From the NCBI GenBank assembly GCA_040751795.1, contig JBFMHR010000003.1, positions 13,586 through 77,585 of the forward strand: a stretch of 64,000 nucleotides of DNA, given 5' to 3'. The translations under genes and the position numbers were made by a program. Below the pieces are notes generated by a model, which worked only from the letters and a program-made list of their open reading frames with translations, ran no database searches and had not been told where the DNA came from. Of this stretch, positions 47,731-56,589 are shown one piece after another (the first letter of the stretch is position 1; each line of letters starts with the position of its first letter). The DNA is from Thermoplasmatota archaeon. Its GTDB lineage: Archaea; Thermoplasmatota; Thermoplasmata; UBA10834.

Positions 47731-48738
47731 ATGACGGCGCACGTCGCACCCTGGAAGAAGGAGGCGGTCGCGGGCCTCGTCACGCTGATGAGCAAGGGGG
47801 ACGTGATCGGCGTGATCGACGTCAGCGGCGTCCCCGCGCAGGCCTTCCAGACCATCAGGGCGAACCTGAGGGACAAGGCCGACATCGTCATGCTCAAGAA
47901 CTCGCTCATAAGGATCGCGATCAAGGAGGCCGCCAAGGAGAAGAAGGGGCTCGAGCAGCTGGTGGACGCGGTCGACGGGCAGTGCGCCATCGTCACCACC
48001 TCCCTTAACCCCTTCAGGCTCTACAAGCAGCTCGACGCCACGAAGACCAAGATGCCCGCCAAGGGTGGCGAGGTCAGCCCCGAGGACATCGAGGTCAAGG
48101 CCGGCGAGACGGCGTTCAAGCCCGGCCCGGTCGTCGGCGAGCTGCAGAAGGCGGGCCTGCCCGCGGCGATAGAGCAGGGCAAGGTCGTCATCAAGAAGGA
48201 CAAGGTCCTGGTCAAGAAGGGCGACAAGATCCCGAGGGACGTCGCCCTGGTGCTCGCGAAGCTCGAGGTCTTCCCCATCACCGTGGGGCTGGACCTGCAC
48301 GCGGCCTACGACGACGGCATGGTGTTCAGGAAGGACGTGCTGGCGGTCGACGACAAGGAGTACCTGGACAGGGTCGCGAGGGCCGCCTCCGGCGCCCTCA
48401 ACCTGTGCGTGTTCGTGTCGTACCCGACCTCGGCCTCCATAAGGCCGATGCTCGCCAACGCCCACATGAAGGCCCTCAACCTGGCTGTGAACGCGAAGAT
48501 CGCCAACGAGGAGACCATCAAGCTCATGCTCGCGAAGGCGAACGCGCAGATGCTCTCCCTGGCGTCCAAGGTCCCGTCGGGCCTGGACGACGAGCTGAAG
48601 GGCGCGCTCAGCGCGGCCCCGAAGGCCCCCGAGAAGAAGGGCGGCGAGGGCAGGAAGGAAGACAAGAAAGAGGAGAAGAAGGAAGAGAAGGTCTCCGAGG
48701 AGGAGGCTGCGGCCGGCCTCGGTGCCTTGTTCGGATAA
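47731..48738 (+). CDS. rpl10: 50S ribosomal protein L10 (P0)
   Basis: 335 aa. PWKKEAV..L......[16 protein letters not shown] and the acidic stalk tail [12 protein letters not shown]. Confidence 0.9.
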   Translation: MTAHVAPWKKEAVAGLVTLMSKGDVIGVIDVSGVPAQAFQTIRANLRDKADIVMLKNSLIRIAIKEAAKEKKGLEQLVDAVDGQCAIVTTSLNPFRLYKQLDATKTKMPAKGGEVSPEDIEVKAGETAFKPGPVVGELQKAGLPAAIEQGKVVIKKDKVLVKKGDKIPRDVALVLAKLEVFPITVGLDLHAAYDDGMVFRKDVLAVDDKEYLDRVARAASGALNLCVFVSYPTSASIRPMLANAHMKALNLAVNAKIANEETIKLMLAKANAQMLSLASKVPSGLDDELKGALSAAPKAPEKKGGEGRKEDKKEEKKEEKVSEEEAAAGLGALFG

Positions 48739-48760
48739 CCGATGTAAAGGAGGCAGAAGA

Positions 48761-49069
48761 ATGGAATATGTGTACAGCGCGATGGTCCTGCACGCGGCGA
48801 AGAAGCCGGTGACGGAAGAGGGCATAACGAAGGTGTTGAAGGCGGCCGGCGTCGAGGCGGACGCGGCCAGGGTGAAGGCCCTCACGGCGGCCCTGGAGGG
48901 AGTCAACATAGACGAGGCGATCGCGACCGCGGTCGCAGCGCCCGTGGCGGCGGCCCCTGCGGCGGCTGGACCCGCTGAGAAGAAGGACGAGAAGAAGGAA
49001 GAGAAGAAAGAGGAGAAGGGCGTCTCCGAGGCAGAGGCTGCGGCCGGTCTCAGTGCGCTCTTCGGCTGA
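48761..49069 (+). CDS. rpl12: 50S ribosomal protein L12 (P1)
   Basis: [32 protein letters not shown]... and tail [20 protein letters not shown] lies upstream. The listed ORF start 48722 overlaps the rpl10 end. Confidence 0.9.
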   Translation: MEYVYSAMVLHAAKKPVTEEGITKVLKAAGVEADAARVKALTAALEGVNIDEAIATAVAAPVAAAPAAAGPAEKKDEKKEEKKEEKGVSEAEAAAGLSALFG

Positions 49070-49119
49070 GACCTTTTCCTTAGTCTCAAACCTCTTCCCG
49101 GGACTCCGTCCCCGGAGGC

Positions 49120-49137
49120 CGGGACCTACGGGTCCCG
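49120..49137. terminator. hairpin between convergent rpl12 and the small minus-strand ORF
   Basis: CGGGACC-TACG-GGTCCCG, a 7-bp stem. A TTTTCC run directly follows the rpl12 stop (49074-49079). Confidence 0.3.
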
Positions 49138-49162
49138 CCCGGCCGGGAGCGCACGGTGAGCA

Positions 49163-49459
49163 TCAGCCCTGTCCGAGCATCCTGCCCACTTCTTTCTCGA
49201 GCATGTTGGCCAGCTCGTGCCCAATCTCCTTCCGGAGGTCCTCCGGCACGAGGGCTATCCCCAGCTTCGCCCCGCACTTGCCGATCTTGAGCAGGGCGTA
49301 CGCCTCCCTGACCTTCGCCTCCATGAGCGACTCGACCGCGGCCCTGAGCTCCGCGCGGAGCTCCGGGTCCGCCTCCAGCTTCTCCCGTATATGCCTCTTG
49401 ACCTCGTCCCTGACGAGGTCCTGGACCGCCTCGACCATGAGCGTCTCCGACTGCATCAT
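49163..49459 (-). CDS. hypothetical helical protein (98 aa)
   Basis: Genome-typical codon usage and a charged helical sequence. No family recognised. Confidence 0.5.
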   Translation of the reverse strand: MMQSETLMVEAVQDLVRDEVKRHIREKLEADPELRAELRAAVESLMEAKVREAYALLKIGKCGAKLGIALVPEDLRKEIGHELANMLEKEVGRMLGQG

Positions 49460-49631
49460 CGACTTCGTGGTCTTGAGGACCGCGCTGACGACATCCTCCT
49501 CTGCTCCCGTGTTCTCACCCGACCTTCGACGGGGTTGTCAAGATAAAACCGTTTGCCCTGACCCGGCCCCAGCCCCCTCCCCTTAAAATAGAACGAAGTC
49601 GATTGCGAGCCACCTTCTGAGGACGAGCGAC

Positions 49632-50801
49632 ATGTGGGACACCGTCGGCAAGAGCGTTTTCAAGGACCAGCGCACCCTGTCCTTCGACTACGTCCCCCCC
49701 AAGCTGGTGCACAGGGACGCCCAGATGAAGCGCCTGATAATGCTCTTCAGGCCCGTCGTCGAGGAGGACGGGGCGCAGAACGCCGTCCTGACGGGCAGCG
49801 TCGGCACCGGCAAGACCGCGACGGCCAAGCGCTTCTGCATAGACCTCAAGGACCACGCCGAGAAGAGGCAGAAGGCGGTCGACTGGACCATAGTCAACTG
49901 CAGGCAGAGGAACAGCGAGTCCGCCGTCGTGCTGCAGATCGTGAACCACTTCCAGCCCAACTTCCCCGACAGGGGCTTCTCCATCACCGAGATGCTGAGG
50001 ATCCTCAGGAAGGACCTCGAGAAGCGCAGGCTGCACATGGTGGTCGTCCTGGACGAGGCCGACGTGCTCCTCAAGAAGGCCGGCCCGGACATCATCTACA
50101 AGCTCACCAGGTTCGGCGAGGAGAAGCTCGACTCGCGCCCGCTGGTGTCCCTGATACTCGTCTCGCAGAAGAACATATTCGACATGCTCGACGCGGCCTC
50201 GACGAGCACCTTCAAGCGGACCAACCTGATCGAGTTCGGCAAGTACACCACGGAGGAGCTCAGGGACATAGTGGCCCAGAGGGCCGCGCTCGCGCTGCAC
50301 GAGGGGGCGGTCGAGGAGGGCGCCCTCGACATCATCGCCGAGGCTTCCTCGGAATGGGGCGACGCCCGCTTCGCGATCGAGATCCTCGAGAAGGCGGGCA
50401 TGCTCGCGGACGAGGAGGCGACGGGCAGGATAGGGGTCGAGCACGTCCGGGGCGCGAAGGCGGAGGCGTACAGCTCCATCACCGAGTCGAAGCTCTCCGG
50501 GCTCGACCTGCACCAGAGGCTCGCGCTCCTGGGCATCGCGAGGGCCTCCCGGGGCAAGGCCTACATCACCACGAGGGACGCGGAGTCCGCCTACGCCGTC
50601 GCGTGCGAGGAGCGAGGGGAGAGGCCGAGGGCGCACACGGCCTTCTGGGGCCTCATGAAGGACCTTGACACCCTGGGCGTCGTCAGCGCGAAGAAGAGCG
50701 GCCCCGGGATATCGGGGAAGACGACCGTCATAACGCTGCTGGACATCCCAGCCAAAGCGCTCGAACAGAAGGTCGTGCAACTACTAGATGAACCCCACTG
50801 A
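49632..50801 (+). CDS. cdc6: Orc1/Cdc6 replication initiator
   Basis: DYVPPKLVHRDAQMKRL, Walker A GSVGTGKT, Walker B VVVLDEAD, C-terminal winged helix. Confidence 0.9.
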   Translation: MWDTVGKSVFKDQRTLSFDYVPPKLVHRDAQMKRLIMLFRPVVEEDGAQNAVLTGSVGTGKTATAKRFCIDLKDHAEKRQKAVDWTIVNCRQRNSESAVVLQIVNHFQPNFPDRGFSITEMLRILRKDLEKRRLHMVVVLDEADVLLKKAGPDIIYKLTRFGEEKLDSRPLVSLILVSQKNIFDMLDAASTSTFKRTNLIEFGKYTTEELRDIVAQRAALALHEGAVEEGALDIIAEASSEWGDARFAIEILEKAGMLADEEATGRIGVEHVRGAKAEAYSSITESKLSGLDLHQRLALLGIARASRGKAYITTRDAESAYAVACEERGERPRAHTAFWGLMKDLDTLGVVSAKKSGPGISGKTTVITLLDIPAKALEQKVVQLLDEPH

Positions 50802-50884
50802 ACGGCTTGTATCCAGCAAACTGCCAGTAGGAACAAGATATTTATAGGACGGGCCCTGTCCACGACGTAACGGATGGAGGCCCC

Positions 50885-51433
50885 ATGGGCTCGGATGACA
50901 AGGGCGCTGTGGAGATGATACGCCCTGAGGAAGGCATGTGCTACGTCGTCAGGGAGCGTAAGCCCTTCCTCTCGTACAAGCTCTTCGAGGGCGCCATATC
51001 CGACGGGTCCCCCGGCCTCTGCGTCACGAGGCAGTACCCGGACAAGATAAGGGAGTCGTTCGACCTGAGGGACACGCGCGTGATGTGGCTCAGCCACACC
51101 CCGGGGAAGGACCACCACAACCCGACGAGCATCGGGACCCTCGCGACCATCATCTCCTCGTTCATAGAGCGCTACGAGAAGTGCGTCGTGATCATCGACG
51201 GCCTCGAGTACCTCGTCATCAACAACGGCTTCCAGCAGGTCCTCAGGTTCGTGGAGCACATAAACGAGCAGGTCATGCAGAGCAGGTCGACCGTGCTCGT
51301 TCCCATAAGCCCCAACGCCTTCAGCGAGAAGGAGCTGGCGCTCCTCGAGAGGAACGTCGAGGTCATAGAGGCGCCCTCCGTGAGCATGGGCCTCGAGAAG
51401 GACATGATGAGGCTCATCGACCAGTACAGGTGA
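50885..51433 (+). CDS. DUF835-type protein
   Basis: ...GLCVTRQYPDKIRE...RVMWLSHT....P.....L...I..F.....K.VVIIDGLEYLVINNGFQQVLRFVEHI matches my recollection of the archaeal DUF835 pattern. Confidence 0.55.
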   Translation: MGSDDKGAVEMIRPEEGMCYVVRERKPFLSYKLFEGAISDGSPGLCVTRQYPDKIRESFDLRDTRVMWLSHTPGKDHHNPTSIGTLATIISSFIERYEKCVVIIDGLEYLVINNGFQQVLRFVEHINEQVMQSRSTVLVPISPNAFSEKELALLERNVEVIEAPSVSMGLEKDMMRLIDQYR

Positions 51434-51490
51434 AGGGCGGTCCGTTTTACCGGCCCAAGGTTTTTGCACACCTTCCATGATTAGCCCTGC

Positions 51491-52642
51491 ATGAACGCGA
51501 CCCCTCTGAACGACGAGCACAGGAGGCTCGGTGCCAAGATGGTCTGGTTCGCAGGGTGGGACATGCCCATCCAGTACACGTCGATCATGGACGAGCACAT
51601 GACCGTCAGGAACGCCAGCGGGGCGTTCGACGTGTCCCACATGGGGGACTTCATCATAAGGGGCCCCGGGGCGTCAAAGGTGATAGACCTCCTCATGACC
51701 AACAAGGTGCGCGACGCCCCGGTCGGCCGGTGCGTCTACTCCCACCTCCTGGACGAGCGGGGGAGGATACTGGACGACACCATCGCGTCGCCTCTGGGCA
51801 AGGACGAGTACTTCATGGTCCCCAACGCCTCCACGACCTCCAAGATGAGGAAGTGGGTCGAGAGCCACCTCGACGGGCAGGAGCTGGTGGACATGTCCTC
51901 GGAGCTCGCGACCGTCGCGGTCCAGGGCCCGATGGCTAGGGAGGTGGTCCAGAGGCTCACGTCCGCCGACCTGTCGCCCCTGGGCTCGTTCTGGGCGACG
52001 TTCGCGAGGCTCGACCACATCGATTCCAAGGGCTCCCGCCCGAGGACCGAGCTCCTGAGGGACAGGAGGTCCGCGAACGGCCAGGGCGAGGGCATCATGG
52101 CCTACCTGTCCACGACCGGCTACACCGGGGAGGAGGGGTTCGAGATCGCCTGCGAGAACGCGGACGCGCACGACGTGTGGAGGGCCGTCCTCGAGAAGGG
52201 GAGGGACCTGGGCCTCAGGCCGATAGGCCTGGGCGCGAGGGACACCCTGCGCCTCGAGAAGGCGCTCCTCCTGTCCGGCACCGACTTCGACGGCTCCCAG
52301 ACGAGCGTGCAGACCGGCCCTTCCTGGGTGGTCGACTGGGGGCACGAGTTCATGGGCAGGAAGCACCTGGAGGAGCAGCGCGCCTCCGGTTCCTACGACA
52401 GGCTCGTGTGCGTCGAGGCGAAGGACAAGGGCATACCCAGGCACGGCTACGAGATACACAGGGACGGGGCGAGGGTCGGGACCGTCACCAGCGGCACGAT
52501 GTCGCCCGTCCTGAAGAAGGGGATCGCCATGGGCTACGTCCCCGTCGGCATGTCGGCCGTCGGGACGGGGCTGCAGGTCAAGGTAAGGGACACGCTGGTG
52601 GAGGCGGAGATCGTGAAGCCGCCTTTCGTGAGGAGGGGATGA
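51491..52642 (+). CDS. gcvT: glycine cleavage system aminomethyltransferase (T protein)
   Basis: TPLNDEHRRLGAKMVWFAGWDMPIQY..I..EH..VRNASGAFDVSHMG, TGYTGEEGFEI, GLGARDTLRLE. Confidence 0.9.
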   Translation: MNATPLNDEHRRLGAKMVWFAGWDMPIQYTSIMDEHMTVRNASGAFDVSHMGDFIIRGPGASKVIDLLMTNKVRDAPVGRCVYSHLLDERGRILDDTIASPLGKDEYFMVPNASTTSKMRKWVESHLDGQELVDMSSELATVAVQGPMAREVVQRLTSADLSPLGSFWATFARLDHIDSKGSRPRTELLRDRRSANGQGEGIMAYLSTTGYTGEEGFEIACENADAHDVWRAVLEKGRDLGLRPIGLGARDTLRLEKALLLSGTDFDGSQTSVQTGPSWVVDWGHEFMGRKHLEEQRASGSYDRLVCVEAKDKGIPRHGYEIHRDGARVGTVTSGTMSPVLKKGIAMGYVPVGMSAVGTGLQVKVRDTLVEAEIVKPPFVRRG

Positions 52643-52643
52643 C

Positions 52644-53678
52644 ATGAAGGAGCTGCTCGAGGAGCTGATACGGGTGCCCGGGGTCTCCGGGTTCGAGGAG
52701 GACATAAGGGAGCGCATCAGGGAGAAGGTCGAGGCCATGGGCCTCGTGGCCGAGGAGGACAACATCGGCAACCTGATGGTGACCGTCGGGGACAAGGGCC
52801 CCAAGGTCGTGTTCATAGCCCACATGGACGAGCTGGGCCTCATAGTGAGCAAGATGGAGGCGGACGGCTCCCTCAGGATACGCAAGGTCGGGGGCATCGA
52901 CGACCGCACCCTCGTGGGGAGGGTCGTGGAGATCAAGACGCAGAAGGGGACCGTCACGGGCGTCATAGGCCTCAAGCCCCCGCACCTGATGACCGAGAGC
53001 GACGACAGGAAGAAGGTCGTCGGGTGGGAGGAGGTCAGGGTCGACGTCGGCACCAGGACCAGGGCCCAGACGGAGAGGCTCGGCGTGCGGATCCTGGACC
53101 CGATGGTGCTCAAGAAGGACGTGACATTCATGGGCGACATGGTCTGCGCCAGGGGCGTGGACGACAGGGCCGGGTGCGCCGTGCTCCTGGAGGCGCTGGA
53201 CCGGCTCCGCAAGAAGAGGCTCCCGCTGCGGCTCACCTTCGTCTGGAGCGTCCAGGAGGAGACGGGGCTCAAGGGGGCGAAGGTCGTCGGCTTCAGGATG
53301 ACCCCCGACTACGTGTTCGCGATAGACACCATGACGACGACGGACGGACCGGGCCAGGGGGAGACCTACGAGAAGATCCTCCTGGGCTCGGGACCGGCCC
53401 TCCGCATGCTGGACCACGCCGCGGTCGCCTCCCCGAAGCTGAGGAAGCTCGTGGAGGAGGTCGCCAGGGCGGGGAAGGTGCCCCTGCAGTACGGCACGGG
53501 AGGGGGCGCCACCGACGGAGCGGTGATGCAGGACTTCGGCGCGCTCATGATGCCGCTGGGCATACCCATGCGCTACACCCACTCCCCGACCGAGTGCGCC
53601 AGCATGGAGGACCTCGCGCAGCTCTCGAGGCTCGTGGTGCTCATATCCGAGAGGCTCGCCAAGGGCGGCAAGGGATGA
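52644..53678 (+). CDS. M42-family (TET/FrvX-type) aminopeptidase
   Basis: L..L...PGVSGFEE.IRE.I, FIAHMDELG, ARGVDDRAGCA, VQEETGLKGA. Confidence 0.85.
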   Translation: MKELLEELIRVPGVSGFEEDIRERIREKVEAMGLVAEEDNIGNLMVTVGDKGPKVVFIAHMDELGLIVSKMEADGSLRIRKVGGIDDRTLVGRVVEIKTQKGTVTGVIGLKPPHLMTESDDRKKVVGWEEVRVDVGTRTRAQTERLGVRILDPMVLKKDVTFMGDMVCARGVDDRAGCAVLLEALDRLRKKRLPLRLTFVWSVQEETGLKGAKVVGFRMTPDYVFAIDTMTTTDGPGQGETYEKILLGSGPALRMLDHAAVASPKLRKLVEEVARAGKVPLQYGTGGGATDGAVMQDFGALMMPLGIPMRYTHSPTECASMEDLAQLSRLVVLISERLAKGGKG

Positions 53679-54745
53679 CCATGGCCTCCGACGCGGAGAA
53701 GGTCCTGACGGACCTGGTGCTGATGAGGTCCCAGGAGACCGACCCTATGGGGCCCATCGCAGACTACGTGGCCAGGCGCATGAAGGCCCTCGGGATGGAC
53801 GTGAGGAGGCACGGCTCCGCCGAGAAGCCCTCGCTCGTGGGCGAGCGGGGGAAGGGCGGCGTGGTCCTGTCGGGCCACCTCGACACCGTGCCCATAGGCA
53901 CCGGCTGGACCAGGGGGCAGGGCGAGGTCGTGGACGGCGCCATGTACGGCCGCGGCACCAACGACATGAAGGGCGGGTGCGCGGCGATGCTGCTGGCGGC
54001 CGAGGAGCTCGTGGCCGCCGATGTGCCTTTCGCGCTCTGCTTCACCACCGACGAGGAGACGTCCATGGACGGGGCGGCCGCCGCGGCGAAGGACCCCGCG
54101 CTCGGCGCGGCCCCGGCGGTGGTCGTTACCGAGGCCACGGAGTTCGACATCGTCGTCAGGGAGAAGGGGCTGGTGCAGTTCTCCATCACCACCAGGGGGA
54201 GGCCGGCCCACGCCAGCATGCCCCACCTGGGCGAGAACGCCATCGCAGGGATGGTGTCGGTGCTCCACAGGCTGGAGGACGTCTACAGGCCCCCCAAGGA
54301 CCCGCTGGAGCAGATGACCCTGTGCGTCGACACGATCAGGGGCGGGACCGCGATGAACGTCATACCCGACGAGTGCGTCGCCGAGGTCGACGTCAGGTAC
54401 CCGCCGCACATGAGCACCCAGGCGGTCCTGGACCTGGTCAGGAGGAAGGTCGGGGACGCCAGGTTCGAGGTCAAGGTCCTGCACGAGCTGGACCCCGTGG
54501 AGACGGAGGCGGACAGCGGGGCCGTCAGGACCATGAGGGACGTCGTAGGCCCGGGGGCGAAGGTCCTCTCGGTGCCCTACGCGACTGAGATGGTCATGTT
54601 CAAGGCCGCCAACAAGAGGCTCATGGTCTGCGGGCCCGGTGAGTCGGCCGGGTGCCACATCCCGGACGAGAAGATACGCGTCGCGGACGTGGCCAGGGCG
54701 GCGGAGATCTACACAGAGTACTGCTCCCGCATGGCCGGCGGCTAG
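53675..54745 (+). CDS. M20-family deacylase (ArgE/DapE-type)
   Basis: ATG 53675 overlaps the M42 stop (ATGA). VVLSGHLDTVP, YGRGTNDMKGG, TTDEETS. Confidence 0.8.
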   Translation: MTMASDAEKVLTDLVLMRSQETDPMGPIADYVARRMKALGMDVRRHGSAEKPSLVGERGKGGVVLSGHLDTVPIGTGWTRGQGEVVDGAMYGRGTNDMKGGCAAMLLAAEELVAADVPFALCFTTDEETSMDGAAAAAKDPALGAAPAVVVTEATEFDIVVREKGLVQFSITTRGRPAHASMPHLGENAIAGMVSVLHRLEDVYRPPKDPLEQMTLCVDTIRGGTAMNVIPDECVAEVDVRYPPHMSTQAVLDLVRRKVGDARFEVKVLHELDPVETEADSGAVRTMRDVVGPGAKVLSVPYATEMVMFKAANKRLMVCGPGESAGCHIPDEKIRVADVARAAEIYTEYCSRMAGG

Positions 54746-56031
54746 GGGAAGACCCTGCTGACCGTGCGCGGGTAGGGGATCGCGTCCCTGATGTGGTCCA
54801 TCCTGCAGACCCACGTCAGGAACCTCTCGACGCCCAGGCCGAAGCCGGAGTGCGGGACGGAGCCGTACCTCCTCAGGTCGAGGTACCACGAGTACCTGTC
54901 CAGGCTCTCGCCCTTCTCCCTGATGCGCTCCATCAGGAGGGCGTTGTCCGTCTCCCTCTCGCTGCCGCCGATGATCTCGCCGAAGCCCTCCGGCGCCAGG
55001 AGGTCCGTGTTCTTGTAGGTCCTGGGGTCGTCCGGGTTCTCCTTCATGTAGAACGGCTTCAGCTCCTTCGGGTAGTTCATGACGAACATGGGGGTGCCGC
55101 TGTCCTTGGTCAGCTCGCGCTCCTCGACCGCCCCGAAGTCGGAGCCCCATTCCACGTCCAGGCCCTTCGCCTGGAGCCGCTCTATGGCCTCGCCGTACGG
55201 GAGCCTGTCGAACGGCGGCGCGACCCGCAGGAGGTCCGCGGGGTCCCGCTTGAACAGGCCGAGCTCGGCGCTGCAGTCCTTGGCGGCCCTGTGCAGCATC
55301 GCCGTCACGAGCTCCTCCTGGACCTTCATGTTCTCCGCGTTGTCGACCCAGGCTGCCTCCATCTCGAGGTGCCAGAACTCGGCGAGGTGCCTGGGGGTCC
55401 TGGACTTCTCCGCCCTGAACGACGGCGTGAGCGAGTAGACCTTCTCGCAGGAGTAGATGAGCGACTCGAGGTAGAACTGGGCGCTCTGCGACAGGTACGC
55501 TATCCTGTCGAAGTACTTGATCTGGAAGAGCTGCGTGCTGTCCTCCGCGGCGACGCCTGTTATGATGGGAGGGTTGACCTCGACGTAGCCGTTCTCGTGG
55601 AACCAGTCCCTCGCGCCCATGAGGAGGGAGTCCTTGATCCGCATCGCGGCCGTCTGCTCCCTGGAGCGTATCCAGAGGTGGCGCAGGTCGAGGAGCAGCT
55701 CGGTGCTCTGGTACTCCGTGATGGGGAACGGCTCCGCCGGGCCCACGAGGGTGAACCTGGAGGCCCGCACCTCGAACCCGCCGGGGGCGCGCTTGTCCTC
55801 CGCCATGGTCCCCTCTATGATGGCCGATGATTCGATGCCCGCGTTGGTGGCCGCCGCGAAGTCCGGCTCCGGCACTGTGCCCTTCTTGACGGTGACCTGG
55901 ACTATGCCAGAGGAGTCCCTGAGCACGGCGAACACGATCCCCCCGCTGCTCCGGGTCCGGTAGATCCAGCCCCTCACCTGCACGGCCTTCCCGACCATGT
56001 CCTCGGCGAGGACGTCCCTTATCGCGACCAT
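54742..56031 (-). CDS. asnS: asparaginyl-tRNA synthetase
   Basis: Start MVAIRDVL at 56031. Class II motif 2 FRAEKSRTPRHLAEFWHLEME, YSWYLDLRRYGSVPHSGFGLGVERFLTW, GGSERE. The upstream part of the listed ORF is run-in. Confidence 0.85.
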   Translation of the reverse strand: MVAIRDVLAEDMVGKAVQVRGWIYRTRSSGGIVFAVLRDSSGIVQVTVKKGTVPEPDFAAATNAGIESSAIIEGTMAEDKRAPGGFEVRASRFTLVGPAEPFPITEYQSTELLLDLRHLWIRSREQTAAMRIKDSLLMGARDWFHENGYVEVNPPIITGVAAEDSTQLFQIKYFDRIAYLSQSAQFYLESLIYSCEKVYSLTPSFRAEKSRTPRHLAEFWHLEMEAAWVDNAENMKVQEELVTAMLHRAAKDCSAELGLFKRDPADLLRVAPPFDRLPYGEAIERLQAKGLDVEWGSDFGAVEERELTKDSGTPMFVMNYPKELKPFYMKENPDDPRTYKNTDLLAPEGFGEIIGGSERETDNALLMERIREKGESLDRYSWYLDLRRYGSVPHSGFGLGVERFLTWVCRMDHIRDAIPYPRTVSRVFP

Positions 56032-56097
56032 CCAGATGCTGAAGCCCCAATCCGAATATAAGCCCTTCGGACGCCGGCGCAACGGAGATATCGCGGC

Positions 56098-56589
56098 TTG
56101 GCGGTACCGCTGACCGTGAAGGTCAGGGAGGCGGCCCCCGAGGACCTGGGGGGCCTGATGCGCCTCGAGGAGGAGTGCTTCGGGGTCGAGAAGTTCTCGG
56201 AGGCCACCCTCATGGCGTTCCTCGTGAGGGAGGACGCCTTCGCCCTCGTGGCCGAGGAGGAGGGCGTCGTGGGCGCCGCCCTCTGCCTCTGCTCGAGGGG
56301 CAGGGCCGAGGGGAGGATAGCCTCGATAGCCGTCCTGGGGCGGGAGAGGAGGCGGGGGGTCGGGTCGCTGCTCCTCCGGGAGACGGAGGCGCGGCTCGAG
56401 GCGATGGGGGCCAGGACCTTCGGGCTCGAGGTCGACGTCGAGAACGGGCCCGCGATAGCCCTCTACACGAAGCACGGCTACACGCTCAGGGCGATCGTGA
56501 GGGATTACTACGGCGCGGGCAGGCACGCGTACGTGATGGAGAAGTCCCTGAGCCCCCAGGGGTCGAGGGTCAGCGTCAGGCCTTCCTGA
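56098..56589 (+). CDS. GNAT-family N-acetyltransferase (RimI-like)
   Basis: TTG start. ...IASIAVLGRERRRGVGSLLL...LEVDVENGPAIALYTKHGY. Confidence 0.8.
   Translation: MAVPLTVKVREAAPEDLGGLMRLEEECFGVEKFSEATLMAFLVREDAFALVAEEEGVVGAALCLCSRGRAEGRIASIAVLGRERRRGVGSLLLRETEARLEAMGARTFGLEVDVENGPAIALYTKHGYTLRAIVRDYYGAGRHAYVMEKSLSPQGSRVSVRPS

Noticed and set aside
49460-49631. Replication origin next to orc1/cdc6.
   Set aside because: The flanking spacers (49460-49631 and 50802-50884) are short and not markedly AT-rich, and I saw no repeated ORB-like elements. An origin cannot be supported from this window.
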